The position numbers and the translations under genes were made by a program. Below the pieces are notes generated by a model. The model made no database searches, had not been told where the DNA came from, and worked only from the letters and a program-made list of their open reading frames with translations. From a virus: a stretch of DNA of 64,000 bases. The stretch covers positions 25,999 to 89,998 of the IMG/VR virus record IMGVR_UViG_3300019762_000006; one strand, given 5' to 3'. This document shows, piece by piece, positions 38,649 through 47,584 of the stretch. Position 1 is the stretch's first letter; each line of letters begins with the position of its first letter.

Positions 38649-39035
38649 TCAATAAGGATTACCTCTGAATAAATTGAAGTACCAAGGTTGTAAACTGTAA
38701 ATATAGTCCTTGAGGTTCTGTAGCTCTCTTGAAGGGTTAAAAGAATCAACCTTGTATTCTTCAATAGGTATACAGTAGCTATCAAGAACTCCTGATAAGT
38801 TCCCATAAGTTGGGTCATGATAGGTGCCGTCATTCAACTTTACTACAAAGTGAGCACATCCCAGGTCGTCAGAGAAAATCTGCATAACTCCAATAATAGA
38901 GCACACCATTTTTGGATTCCTCAAAGCGTAAGATAGTGCATTTGCGTGACACCTCTGGTTGCCAAGATACTTGCCTTTAGGCGTACACTTGATAATCTCT
39001 TTGCACTTAAGTGCGGTTGGTATTAGTCCTGCCAC
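38649..39035 (-). CDS. hypothetical protein with transglutaminase/papain-like Cys-His-Asp pattern
   Basis: RCHANAL...AHFVV...YHDPT. Confidence 0.5.
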   Translation of the reverse strand: MAGLIPTALKCKEIIKCTPKGKYLGNQRCHANALSYALRNPKMVCSIIGVMQIFSDDLGCAHFVVKLNDGTYHDPTYGNLSGVLDSYCIPIEEYKVDSFNPSRELQNLKDYIYSLQPWYFNLFRGNPY

Positions 39036-39036
39036 A

Positions 39037-41178
39037 TTAATCCTTTAAATTTTCTAATTTGTCAACAATTGTTGCTAAATCAGCATTGTTTGGTAAAGTT
39101 ACCATGTCTTTTTGATTGTATCCAATGTCTGCTTCTGCTCTAAGATGAACAGTTTGGTCAATTAGGAAATCTGGTACCATAGTTGCAATAAGGTTGTCGT
39201 TAACCCATTTAATTGCTTGTGGATTGTCATCAATCTCGTAGTACAAAGCGTCATGTATGATGTTAAGTCCCAAAATATTATGTGGATTGCCTTGCTCTAA
39301 GTAAAGTTGTCTAAACTTAGTTGCTGCTATAAGAGTTAGATCAGAGTATCCTTGGAAGTTGGCATTGTTAAGTGCTAATAAATCTCCCTTTGGATTGCTT
39401 GAGTAAACTCGTAGACCCCAGTTGAGGTGTAAATATCCTTGTTCCTGAGATGTTGGGATTACATAGTCTTCTTTGAAGGCTGTAACACCAGGGTATAGTT
39501 CACCATGGTATCTATCAAATATTTCTTGTGTAATACTTCCACCCTTAGAATCGTCTGGAAAGCCTCCATAGGCCAATTTGAACGTACAAGGCTTACTGTC
39601 TGAACGTAAATTAGATGCATCCTTGTTAGAGTCAGTTAAGTCGTAACATAACTTGTTGTACTCAATTGTATTATTAAATGGCACTTCTGTAAGTTCTTCC
39701 CAAGATTCCTTGTAAAATATGGTACTATGTAAAGTATGCATATCCCACATAAGACCTGTTTCTGGATCAGGACTAAGCAACTTAATAGTAGTTTCATCTT
39801 TAGTAAGACAGGCATTAATGTGGTTTTCTAAACCGTTATAATCTACTGCTACCAGAATACGTCCTGGAGGTGCTACAAACATAGACTTAACTGTTTTACC
39901 ATAAACTCTATGCCCAACCGGTTGTGTAACCCCGTTAGCTCCCATTTGGTGCTTCATTGGGGCTTCAATCTTGTCACCACCAGCCTTACCTGAAAGTCTG
40001 CCTGTAAAAGTTCCCATGAGCCGAAGTGCATAGTGTAGTCTACCATCATAAGTTGATCCGTAATACTTTGGTATATACTGAGTAATCATGTTCTTCGACT
40101 GTGCTATTTCAAGATAAAGTTTAATAACTCGTTGAGGCTCTCCTATAGCTGTGTGTGACAGTTCTTTAAGAACACCAGAACTGAACGACATCTCACCAGT
40201 ATCTTTAGATACAATTGGTGAAACTAATCCAAAACTAATCCACATCTGTTTGAGTTGTTGGTAATTCCAAGGATTAAATCCAAGTTGTACGTACTTCCCA
40301 GGATTGTTAATCTTGTCAATACGATTGGCTGCTGTATTCTGTCTAAGACATTCGGCTTCTTCGTAACGTGCTGATAAAGACACAATGTATGGATGGTTAA
40401 ATTGCTTAGCAAATAAAAGTTTAGCAATGGGTGTGTACATAGACTTCAAGTCTGCAGCAGAAACTTTGTCAAATGTTGTACCATCTGCATAATTAACAAT
40501 CCAAGTTCGCATTGCTACATTGTTCTTGTAACCTGCATATTTAGGATGTTTTAGCGACTTGTAAACAGGTGCTAAAAACTTTTCAATACGAGCTTTGTCA
40601 ATAACTGACTGAAATTCAGAGACAATAGGTATGGCATTAATTGTTTCTAAAGTCCTCTTGTTAAATTCTGTAACTTCTGATTCAAGTTTGGTAACTTTAG
40701 ATAAGTCAATTGCTTGTCCATTATGCATCATTTCAACAATTACAGGAATAGCAGGTTTAATAATAAATTCGTAATAGTAACGTTGGTTGAATCCTTCAGT
40801 GTTGTGCCTAGGCTCTGAAGTTGGCATAATCCAATGATCTGGATGTGCTGGTTCTGTGTCGTATTTATCCCAAGCCAACTTAGTTGCCATTGGATCAATC
40901 CCTGCATACTTAATAAGTGCTAAATTGTACTTTGTTGGATCTCCAGTACCAACATACTTAAGATTGGTAACTGTGTGATTCAACTCTGTATCGTATAAAT
41001 CAAATGAAGACTTGTCTTTAGCCCAATCCTGATACAATGTTTTAGCAATCGGTTTAAGACCAGATATACGCTTCTGTGAATCCACATTGTTGTTGTAAAT
41101 TGCTGCTAATAGTTGGGAATCTTCTACATCCTTTGGTAGTTTGCCTGTGTGGTACTTAATAAATTTTAAATCGAATAA
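39037..41178 (-). CDS. polA: family A DNA polymerase, exon 2 (spliced product about 887 aa)
   Basis: Begins LFDLKFI; TGRLS, motif A DYNGLE, motif B RSDSKPCTFKLAYG, motif C IHDA. Confidence 0.92.
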   Translation of the reverse strand, partial: LFDLKFIKYHTGKLPKDVEDSQLLAAIYNNNVDSQKRISGLKPIAKTLYQDWAKDKSSFDLYDTELNHTVTNLKYVGTGDPTKYNLALIKYAGIDPMATKLAWDKYDTEPAHPDHWIMPTSEPRHNTEGFNQRYYYEFIIKPAIPVIVEMMHNGQAIDLSKVTKLESEVTEFNKRTLETINAIPIVSEFQSVIDKARIEKFLAPVYKSLKHPKYAGYKNNVAMRTWIVNYADGTTFDKVSAADLKSMYTPIAKLLFAKQFNHPYIVSLSARYEEAECLRQNTAANRIDKINNPGKYVQLGFNPWNYQQLKQMWISFGLVSPIVSKDTGEMSFSSGVLKELSHTAIGEPQRVIKLYLEIAQSKNMITQYIPKYYGSTYDGRLHYALRLMGTFTGRLSGKAGGDKIEAPMKHQMGANGVTQPVGHRVYGKTVKSMFVAPPGRILVAVDYNGLENHINACLTKDETTIKLLSPDPETGLMWDMHTLHSTIFYKESWEELTEVPFNNTIEYNKLCYDLTDSNKDASNLRSDSKPCTFKLAYGGFPDDSKGGSITQEIFDRYHGELYPGVTAFKEDYVIPTSQEQGYLHLNWGLRVYSSNPKGDLLALNNANFQGYSDLTLIAATKFRQLYLEQGNPHNILGLNIIHDALYYEIDDNPQAIKWVNDNLIATMVPDFLIDQTVHLRAEADIGYNQKDMVTLPNNADLATIVDKLENLKD

Positions 41179-41220
41179 CGTTTACATTCAACACAAGTCG
41201 TTAGTTCGTGCCGGTTCTCG

Positions 41221-41333
41221 TAACTCAAATAATAAACACACAGGCTCGGACATTCTCCGAGATTCCACAGGTCTTATAAACGCCCAGACTTCCTATTATG
41301 TTAGACGACTCTGTGTGTTTATTATTTGAGTTA
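41221..41333. repeat. perfect 23-bp inverted repeat inside intron 3' domain
   Basis: taactcaaataataaacacacag (41221-41243) and its exact reverse complement (41311-41333). Confidence 0.9.
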
Positions 41334-41518
41334 ATTGAACTCCTACATGTTTCCATGCAGACTAGACTATATCAACATCCACGTGGGATGGAATCCGTTT
41401 CGGACCACTTGGCCCTACTCCCATTTCAGGGATAGTCGTTAGGCTTTTACAGCAAAATAAATTTGCTGATTTAGCACGGTAGGTTGCCCTCGCCATAATG
41501 CGTTAGGGGTTTCCCCGT

Positions 41519-42304
41519 TTAGGATTCTTTAGACATAGGATTGCTCCTATGAATGCCTTTATAATCAGATAGAATTTTAAGAGAGGTTTTATTAGTTGGT
41601 AAAACAACTTCCTCTTCTTGCAACACACCGTTAATTGTATTTGGTAAGTCTAATATACTAATAAAGTAATCATAGGCTTTTGCTGCTTCTAAAGCAGTAG
41701 TATAAGAACCTATTCTGTATGACTTGTATTCAAATCTTACATTTGCCCACCATAAAGCATCGTGAACTTTAAAAACTCCTCTATACCCAGAAGTATTATT
41801 AGATCGTAATTGCCTTGTATTGGCGGCTTGTACAGACATTGATGTGAATCTACAGTTAGATGGTTCATAATTCCCATCATTATCTTTTCTATCAATAGAA
41901 AGGCCTTCTTTCCACAAGGGTTTAGCCCATTTAAAGAAAGTCTCAAAAGATTCTTCCCATTCAGAACACATAGTTATGTTTTTATCCAAATAGCTGATAT
42001 GCCTCTTACCTTTATCACTTTTTACCTTAGATTTAGTATCAGCCCAAACTCTATATAAAGGATGGTCTCGATTAGCTTTCTTAAGACAAGTGCCATTACA
42101 CTCTTTACAGTACAATTGGTTTTTAGCCTTAGTAGTGACAACAGCCTCAAATGAGTTATTGCACATAGTGCACTCAAATAAAGCCATCCGAACCTTTTTA
42201 TAGTAATTTTCTGTAGGCTTTTTCATACCTAAATCTTGTAAGATTTTCATCTTAAATTCCTCTTGTATTAGAGGTTTTAACGGTTTTTGTTTTCGCATAA
42301 TCAT
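41519..42304 (-). CDS. intron-encoded HNH-type/AP2-domain homing endonuclease
   Basis: CxxC pairs, LSIDRKDNDGNYEPSNCRF, NNTSGYRGV, IGSY.TALEAAKAYD; alternative start at 42250. Confidence 0.85.
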   Translation of the reverse strand: MIMRKQKPLKPLIQEEFKMKILQDLGMKKPTENYYKKVRMALFECTMCNNSFEAVVTTKAKNQLYCKECNGTCLKKANRDHPLYRVWADTKSKVKSDKGKRHISYLDKNITMCSEWEESFETFFKWAKPLWKEGLSIDRKDNDGNYEPSNCRFTSMSVQAANTRQLRSNNTSGYRGVFKVHDALWWANVRFEYKSYRIGSYTTALEAAKAYDYFISILDLPNTINGVLQEEEVVLPTNKTSLKILSDYKGIHRSNPMSKES

Positions 42305-42364
42305 TCCTTAATAAATGTATGGTACAATTATGCCAAAATGTTGCTTAATATCTGATTAATTTCA

Positions 42365-42886
42365 AGCGTTGTGCCAGACCTGCCTGAGATCTGTTGTAAC
42401 TAGCCAATTAAGCACATAGTCACGTATCTCAGTATTTGGAAATACGATAACAGTAGACTTAAGTAAATTCCATCCAATAGACAACATAGTCAATGGGTTG
42501 AAATGTGGTAAAGTAAGGTTGTGTGCTTCAAAATCTACTGCAACTGTATGGAAATCTGCATCGTAACGTGCTAACCATCTAGCTGCAACATCCAATTCGT
42601 CACAAAAATGTACAATTGGTTCAATATACTGGGATGCTACCACCTCTGCGATAACTGAGACATCTCCACAGTCCTCTACTCGCACTATAGAATCATCCTT
42701 AATCCCCCAATAATCTGTGACTGCTGGTGTGGACAGTCCGTGAATCTCATATCCTAAATCGGAGTACGGTAACTCGTGGATAAGCTTAAGTTCAAACTCT
42801 GCTTCTGACACATCAAATCTGGTTAATAGTTGGTGTCTAATAGACTCCTCGTAGTTCTCAGGCAATTCGGTTAATAGTATTGTCAT
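42365..42886 (-). CDS. polA: family A DNA polymerase, exon 1 (start of 3'-5' exonuclease)
   Basis: ExoI AVDFE, ends VWHNA at the splice site. Confidence 0.88.
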
Positions 42887-42894
42887 GGTGTTCC

Positions 42895-43320
42895 TTAATA
42901 AGATATTTTGTCTAATTCTGTTTGTACAGGTTCTGTAAATCCATAGTTCTTTAACGCAGTCTCAAATAAATTTATTCTCGTTTGTTTATTTTTTAGCATA
43001 TAATAAGGACATTGCTTAAGATCTTCTAAAGATTGTTTTATAATATTTATGTCTTCTTGAGATTCTAAGGCTATTATGTCAACTTTTGAATTACCTGAAG
43101 CACCTGTAAAACCTCTTAATATGTGGCCATTGCCATGCTTAGGTAAAAGATTAAAGTATCTGGCTAATGAAAGGTCTATGTTAATAACTCTATCTAATAA
43201 ATATCTTGGCAAATCATTAATATGTATAACTAAATCATAATCCGATTCTTCAGTATTAATTCCAAGTGCTCTAGAGCCAATTAATGTATGTGGTATGTCC
43301 AGTAATTCCTGTAATTCCAT
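42895..43320 (-). CDS. minimal pol-beta-superfamily nucleotidyltransferase
   Basis: LIGSRALG...ESDYDLVI...KVDII. Confidence 0.8.
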   Translation of the reverse strand: MELQELLDIPHTLIGSRALGINTEESDYDLVIHINDLPRYLLDRVINIDLSLARYFNLLPKHGNGHILRGFTGASGNSKVDIIALESQEDINIIKQSLEDLKQCPYYMLKNKQTRINLFETALKNYGFTEPVQTELDKISY

Positions 43321-43323
43321 AAA

Positions 43324-43719
43324 TTACTCCTTATTATCAATTATCCATTGACAAGCTTTGAAGATTGCTTCTGGTTCTGTTGCTATTCCAAATTCAAAAT
43401 GCACTCTTCCTTGATTTATTTTAGAAGTTGCATTTACACTTGTTCTCTTGCAAACAATACATTGCCATTCTCCAAATCCATGTATATTCTCGTTCCATGT
43501 AATTAGTGTTAGCTTTTTGTTATATGCCCACTCTTTACATTTAGTAGCTAATTCAGATAATGATGTTATTAAAAAATCATTATCTGAATCTTCACATATT
43601 ACAGCCCATCCACAGAACTCCATATTTAATATTCTAATGTCATCTAATCGTTTTAATTTTAAAATTTTAAAACCATAAACCTCACTTAATAACTCTTTAT
43701 TTAATATTTCATTTTTCAT
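43324..43719 (-). CDS. hypothetical protein
   Basis: 131 aa, ELATKCKEWA and TEPEAIFKACQWI segments; RBS. Confidence 0.6.
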   Translation of the reverse strand: MKNEILNKELLSEVYGFKILKLKRLDDIRILNMEFCGWAVICEDSDNDFLITSLSELATKCKEWAYNKKLTLITWNENIHGFGEWQCIVCKRTSVNATSKINQGRVHFEFGIATEPEAIFKACQWIIDNKE

Positions 43720-44104
43720 ATTTATTCCTTTAATTTATAAACTTACTAGAATCAGTAGTGTCACCATATCACTAGTTCTTAACTACTGACTCCATAAATT
43801 TATTGCTTTGCGTATAATTCCTGTATATGCTACGTTGTTACGGTTTTGTACTTGTTAGATTTTGTTCGTAAATAAAAATAGCCCGACAGAGGCACTTCAA
43901 TGAGAGGTGTCCGAGCTTGGTTAATTAAATTCAATATCATCTTCTGATACTTGGTCAAGCATATGCAGTAAATGTAGTATTAGGCAATTCTTCAGTAAAA
44001 TGAATGTATTCAATGACATCAGGTTGTAATTTGTAAAATGTCATTGGCCTACCCAAGTCCAACCTACTGTGTAATGCTCGTCTGTTTGTGAGTACATTCG
44101 ATCC

Positions 44105-44284
44105 CTAATTAAAAGTTAAATAACCTTGATTTACGGCAATACGATACATAACTAAAATTTCTGGTACCATATTTTGTTCAACTAATTCCTCAAACAAATC
44201 TTCAAGTAGGTACTCTGAATTAATGAGTTGTTCAAGTGCTTGTCTGCGTTGTCCGTTAATAATTGATTCGATAATCTGTTCCAT
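44105..44284 (-). CDS. hypothetical protein
   Basis: Small ORF, IIESIINGQ. Confidence 0.5.
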   Translation of the reverse strand: MEQIIESIINGQRRQALEQLINSEYLLEDLFEELVEQNMVPEILVMYRIAVNQGYLTFN

Positions 44285-44286
44285 AA

Positions 44287-45264
44287 TCAATCCTCTATTG
44301 GTATATACTGGTCACAAACGTTTTTAAACTTGCAGTATCCACATAACATATACTTCGGCTCAACCACTATTTCAACATCTCCGGGTCTACCCTTAGCCAT
44401 GATAAAGTCTGATAATTCAGCAGCTGAAGAACATTTAGAGCCTCTAACAGTTGCCATCTTACCAGTGCTACCCATTCGTTGCAACTTCCATTCTCCTTCT
44501 CTATACCCTCGTTCCTCGTTAGAACATAGTGGTAAAGTATCATCTGCAAGGTGTTGCTTAAGTATAGCTACTTGGTTAAATAGGAATTCCTCTACTTGCT
44601 CCATTGGAAACAGTGGAAAAGTAACTTCTTGGTCAACTGTGTATTTGCCCATATCAGACCCATTGTTCAATGAGAATAGGATAGAACCGTAAGGTTTAAC
44701 TTCTGGATCGTTTAGTAAATACCTGTAAATAGAGAGTTGTGCAACAAATTTAAAATAAGTTGGTACATTTAAGTACATTTCTTCCATAGTCCATTCAGGT
44801 TGTAGTTTCTCTTTATCCTCAATTAACTTCTTAATGTTGTAATTTGATACGTGTTTAAGATCCTTGATTTGCTTGTTTGGCGTTAATACATCAAATTCTC
44901 CTGAAATCTTCCAATCATTAACTGCCCGTTCAACTCGTTGTTCACAAATGTATCCTGAGTTGTGTGCGTTAAGTGCTTGAGTTAATCCCTCATGCATTGC
45001 TGTTCCCTTAGAGGACGCTAGTAAATTAGATACATCTTGTAAACCTGTTTCAGGATATTTGATAGCAAGTAGTACTTTACGTAATGGCCCAATAATTGAG
45101 GTAGTAGAAACTTTCCCTTCCCTAGGAGGGTTCCCACTATATAGTGTTGAATGGTATGCAGCAAATACTGCTAATTCAAATGGTACTTTGTGTTCGTTGG
45201 TAAATGTAACACCATTGATCGTAATATCTGTAGTGTTCTGTGCTGATTGTGCGATTGTGCTCAT
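44287..45264 (-). CDS. PD-(D/E)xK Cas4/RecB-like exonuclease
   Basis: GTAMH, E.RV, ISGEFD, KDLK, QLSIY, CGYCKFKNVC. Confidence 0.8.
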   Translation of the reverse strand: MSTIAQSAQNTTDITINGVTFTNEHKVPFELAVFAAYHSTLYSGNPPREGKVSTTSIIGPLRKVLLAIKYPETGLQDVSNLLASSKGTAMHEGLTQALNAHNSGYICEQRVERAVNDWKISGEFDVLTPNKQIKDLKHVSNYNIKKLIEDKEKLQPEWTMEEMYLNVPTYFKFVAQLSIYRYLLNDPEVKPYGSILFSLNNGSDMGKYTVDQEVTFPLFPMEQVEEFLFNQVAILKQHLADDTLPLCSNEERGYREGEWKLQRMGSTGKMATVRGSKCSSAAELSDFIMAKGRPGDVEIVVEPKYMLCGYCKFKNVCDQYIPIED

Positions 45265-45875
45265 GTTATGTCCCTTAATAAATTGGTTAAAGTAGTGTTA
45301 AACTCTGATAGTTGCTGTTTTGCTTTTTCTAATTTAGAGTCTTTACATTTAAAATAATCTTGTAGCAAAAATGCGTTTGGGTTGTGATTTTTTAAGTATA
45401 GCTGTGCTACTGCGTCAGTATTACTAAATATCTTAGCTTCCTTTATGTCCCAATTTGACACATTAAAGGAAGTTGGTTTAAGTACATCAAATAAATCTGA
45501 AATTTTATAAAACTCCGCTAAATTTGATGGTGATAGGTGTATCCTACTTTTGTAGAATTGAAATACTTCTTGCACATTATCAAGTGTAACTTGACTTAAT
45601 TTAAAAAGATTGCGTGCAGTCGCTTCTACGGAATTCGTAATACCTTTTCTAATAGGACTTGCTGAGCCATCATAGGTCATTGCTTTGGTAATTAAGATAA
45701 AAGCATGTACTTGTGTCTGAGGATGTTCTTCCCCTTTCACATTGTACCTCTTTAAATTATTAGACATGTCGTATACTAACTTAATAAAGTCGTGTACAGG
45801 TTTCTTAAGTCCTTTAAGAGTCTCTAATTTAGCTAAAAGTACTTTGTACTTAAACTCGTCAATTGCTTCTGTCAT
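45261..45875 (-). CDS. hypothetical protein
   Basis: About 204 aa, AAAGGA RBS before MTEAI. Confidence 0.55.
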   Translation of the reverse strand: MTEAIDEFKYKVLLAKLETLKGLKKPVHDFIKLVYDMSNNLKRYNVKGEEHPQTQVHAFILITKAMTYDGSASPIRKGITNSVEATARNLFKLSQVTLDNVQEVFQFYKSRIHLSPSNLAEFYKISDLFDVLKPTSFNVSNWDIKEAKIFSNTDAVAQLYLKNHNPNAFLLQDYFKCKDSKLEKAKQQLSEFNTTLTNLLRDIT

Positions 45876-45978
45876 TTGGGGTCCTTTGGTTTGAATTTGT
45901 CTATACATACAAGTAGCTAAGGTAGCTAATCTAATCTATAGGCTCCTAGGTTATCAGCCTAGGCTACGTACAACTCTG

Positions 45979-46197
45979 TTACGTACAGAGTCTTCGACGT
46001 ATCGGTGGTAAACGAGTAGTTTGGGATGCCCTTATCACTACCAAGGTTACTGCAGCTAAATGGCACAGTTCATACAACTTCCGGGGGTTTGCGTCGTATA
46101 GTGTCCATGCTTTTTGAGCAAGTAGTTTACTAGTTTTATCATCTGATGATTGTTGTAGCTGTCTTAGTATGGATGCCATCTCTTCTTGTAATGTCAT
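45979..46197 (-). CDS. hypothetical protein
   Basis: 72-aa ORF. Confidence 0.45.
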   Translation of the reverse strand: MTLQEEMASILRQLQQSSDDKTSKLLAQKAWTLYDANPRKLYELCHLAAVTLVVIRASQTTRLPPIRRRLCT

Positions 46198-46392
46198 TTA
46201 ATAATTACTCGCCTCTTTTTTAGTTTCTTCTTTTAATTTACGTCTTGCTTTTTTGTTAAGCCTATTACCCTTACCTACGTGGCTATTTTTAGTTTTACCT
46301 CTTGAACGATTACAGCAAGGACACTTAAATCCTCCTGGTCCAATATCCTTGAACATGTAGTGTTTAAAAGCATCCATTATACTGCCTGCCAA
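46198..46392 (-). CDS. small basic protein with CPCC motif
   Basis: IGPGGFKCPCC then K/R-rich tail. Confidence 0.55.
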   Translation of the reverse strand: MAGSIMDAFKHYMFKDIGPGGFKCPCCNRSRGKTKNSHVGKGNRLNKKARRKLKEETKKEASNY

Positions 46393-47102
46393 TTTCCGTC
46401 AAATGGTGCGTCGTTATGGTACCAGTTGATAGCGTCCAATACTTCTGGAGAGTATAATCTACTTGTGTCTCCGTGGCATGCATGTACTTGTGAGCCTTCA
46501 CAATCCCAACTACTAAAGTCGTGGAAGATTTTGTAAGAGATGTTTCTGTCCAGAATATCTTTAATAGTTTTTGTGATTTTCGAAGTGGCTTTTGTGTCGC
46601 CTGATATAAACACTACTGCACCTGTACGAGGATTTGTAAGAGTTAGTCCGTAACATGTTGTATGGTGATAACAGTGGGATACTAGAGAATCTAGGCCTAT
46701 CATTCCTTCTTTCACAAAAGAATATAGTCTGCAGACAGATACAATAGGTGCATAGACATACTCTCCATTTTCTAACTTAAAGTTAGTCTTTTTAAGCACC
46801 TCTTCTAATGCGTGAAACACTTCTGTATGTGCATATACTTTAGTGGTAATACCGTTGACAAAGTACTGGTAGTATAATAGCGTTTTAAGGCTTCCCACGT
46901 GATCGTCATCCATGTGACTGATGTAGATAGAGTCTAGTTTCTTTAGGTCAATATCTCCTGTTTCGTCCTGTCCACGTAGTTCAGAGTATATTGAGTACCC
47001 ACAGTCGAATAGTAAGTACTTGCCTTGGTTTTCGATTAGGAATGAGCTATTCGGCATTTTAGGGTTGAATGCTCCACCGTTTCCTAGTTGTTTAATTGTC
47101 AT
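46377..47102 (-). CDS. metallo-beta-lactamase-fold hydrolase, RNase Z-like
   Basis: LGNGGAF, LLFDCG, YISHMDDDHVG, H...CYG, ISGDT, FHD, VHA; start re-assigned to MTIKQ. Confidence 0.8.
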   Translation of the reverse strand: MTIKQLGNGGAFNPKMPNSSFLIENQGKYLLFDCGYSIYSELRGQDETGDIDLKKLDSIYISHMDDDHVGSLKTLLYYQYFVNGITTKVYAHTEVFHALEEVLKKTNFKLENGEYVYAPIVSVCRLYSFVKEGMIGLDSLVSHCYHHTTCYGLTLTNPRTGAVVFISGDTKATSKITKTIKDILDRNISYKIFHDFSSWDCEGSQVHACHGDTSRLYSPEVLDAINWYHNDAPFDGNWQAV

Positions 47103-47103
47103 G

Positions 47104-47343
47104 TTAATTCCTTTTGAATAGTGGTTCAGTATTAGAGTCGTATGGCTGAGCGTCATCTAAGTTTTTAAAAGCATATGATGTTACTTTCTTTAGGTTACCA
47201 CATTTTATACATTCGTGTGTAAGTACATAGTTGTGTATAGGTTCTATATCATGTGGACTGTTTCCCCAGTGAGTACCATGCCCAATAAAAGTTCGGTTAG
47301 TAGGTATGTAGCTGTGAATACAGAATAGTCTTTTCCAGTTCAT
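47104..47343 (-). CDS. small zinc-ribbon-like protein
   Basis: LFCIH...ECIKCG; AAAGGA RBS before MNWKR. Confidence 0.55.
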   Translation of the reverse strand: MNWKRLFCIHSYIPTNRTFIGHGTHWGNSPHDIEPIHNYVLTHECIKCGNLKKVTSYAFKNLDDAQPYDSNTEPLFKRN

Positions 47344-47423
47344 TTGTGTCCTTTGGTAATGTATTTGCGAAAGTAGCATATACTCTCGGAGATATATTAG
47401 GTATGTTCTTAGCTGATTTATAA

Positions 47424-47581
47424 AACACAAGCCTAGGGACTTAAACCCTAGGATTTGATACCTAACTATATGTTCCAGATTTTATCAATTCACTGTCTAG
47501 CTTAGGTGCGTCTCTGTGGACCAACCACACCGCCCCGCAGGACAGTATGAGATGCGAACTCATTATTCCGCCACTTGTGTT
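47424..47581 (-). ncRNA. tRNA-Leu-derived RNA with insertions in D loop and anticodon loop
   Basis: Acceptor ACACAAG/CTTGTGT, split D arm GTGGCGGAAT...AGACGC, stem ACCTAA/TTAGGT, T arm CCTAGGG-TTTAAGT-CCCTAGG. Confidence 0.7.
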
Positions 47582-47584
47582 CGC

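Larger units (their letters stand above)
41179..42364 (-). mobile_element. group I intron in DNA polymerase gene
   Basis: Exon ends in U (GCT), intron ends in G; core AAACGGGGAAA, CCTAACGACTA (R), GATATAGTCTAG (S), P3 GAATCC/GGATTC; splicing restores HNA|LFD ExoII motif in frame. Confidence 0.93.

Noticed and set aside
44287-45264. CRISPR-Cas locus suggested by the Cas4-like gene
   Set aside because: No repeat-spacer array or other cas genes; solo Cas4-like nucleases are common in phages
38290-47581. Canonical tRNA genes
   Set aside because: No element has a 7-nt anticodon loop with a standard cloverleaf; reported as tRNA-derived ncRNA candidates instead
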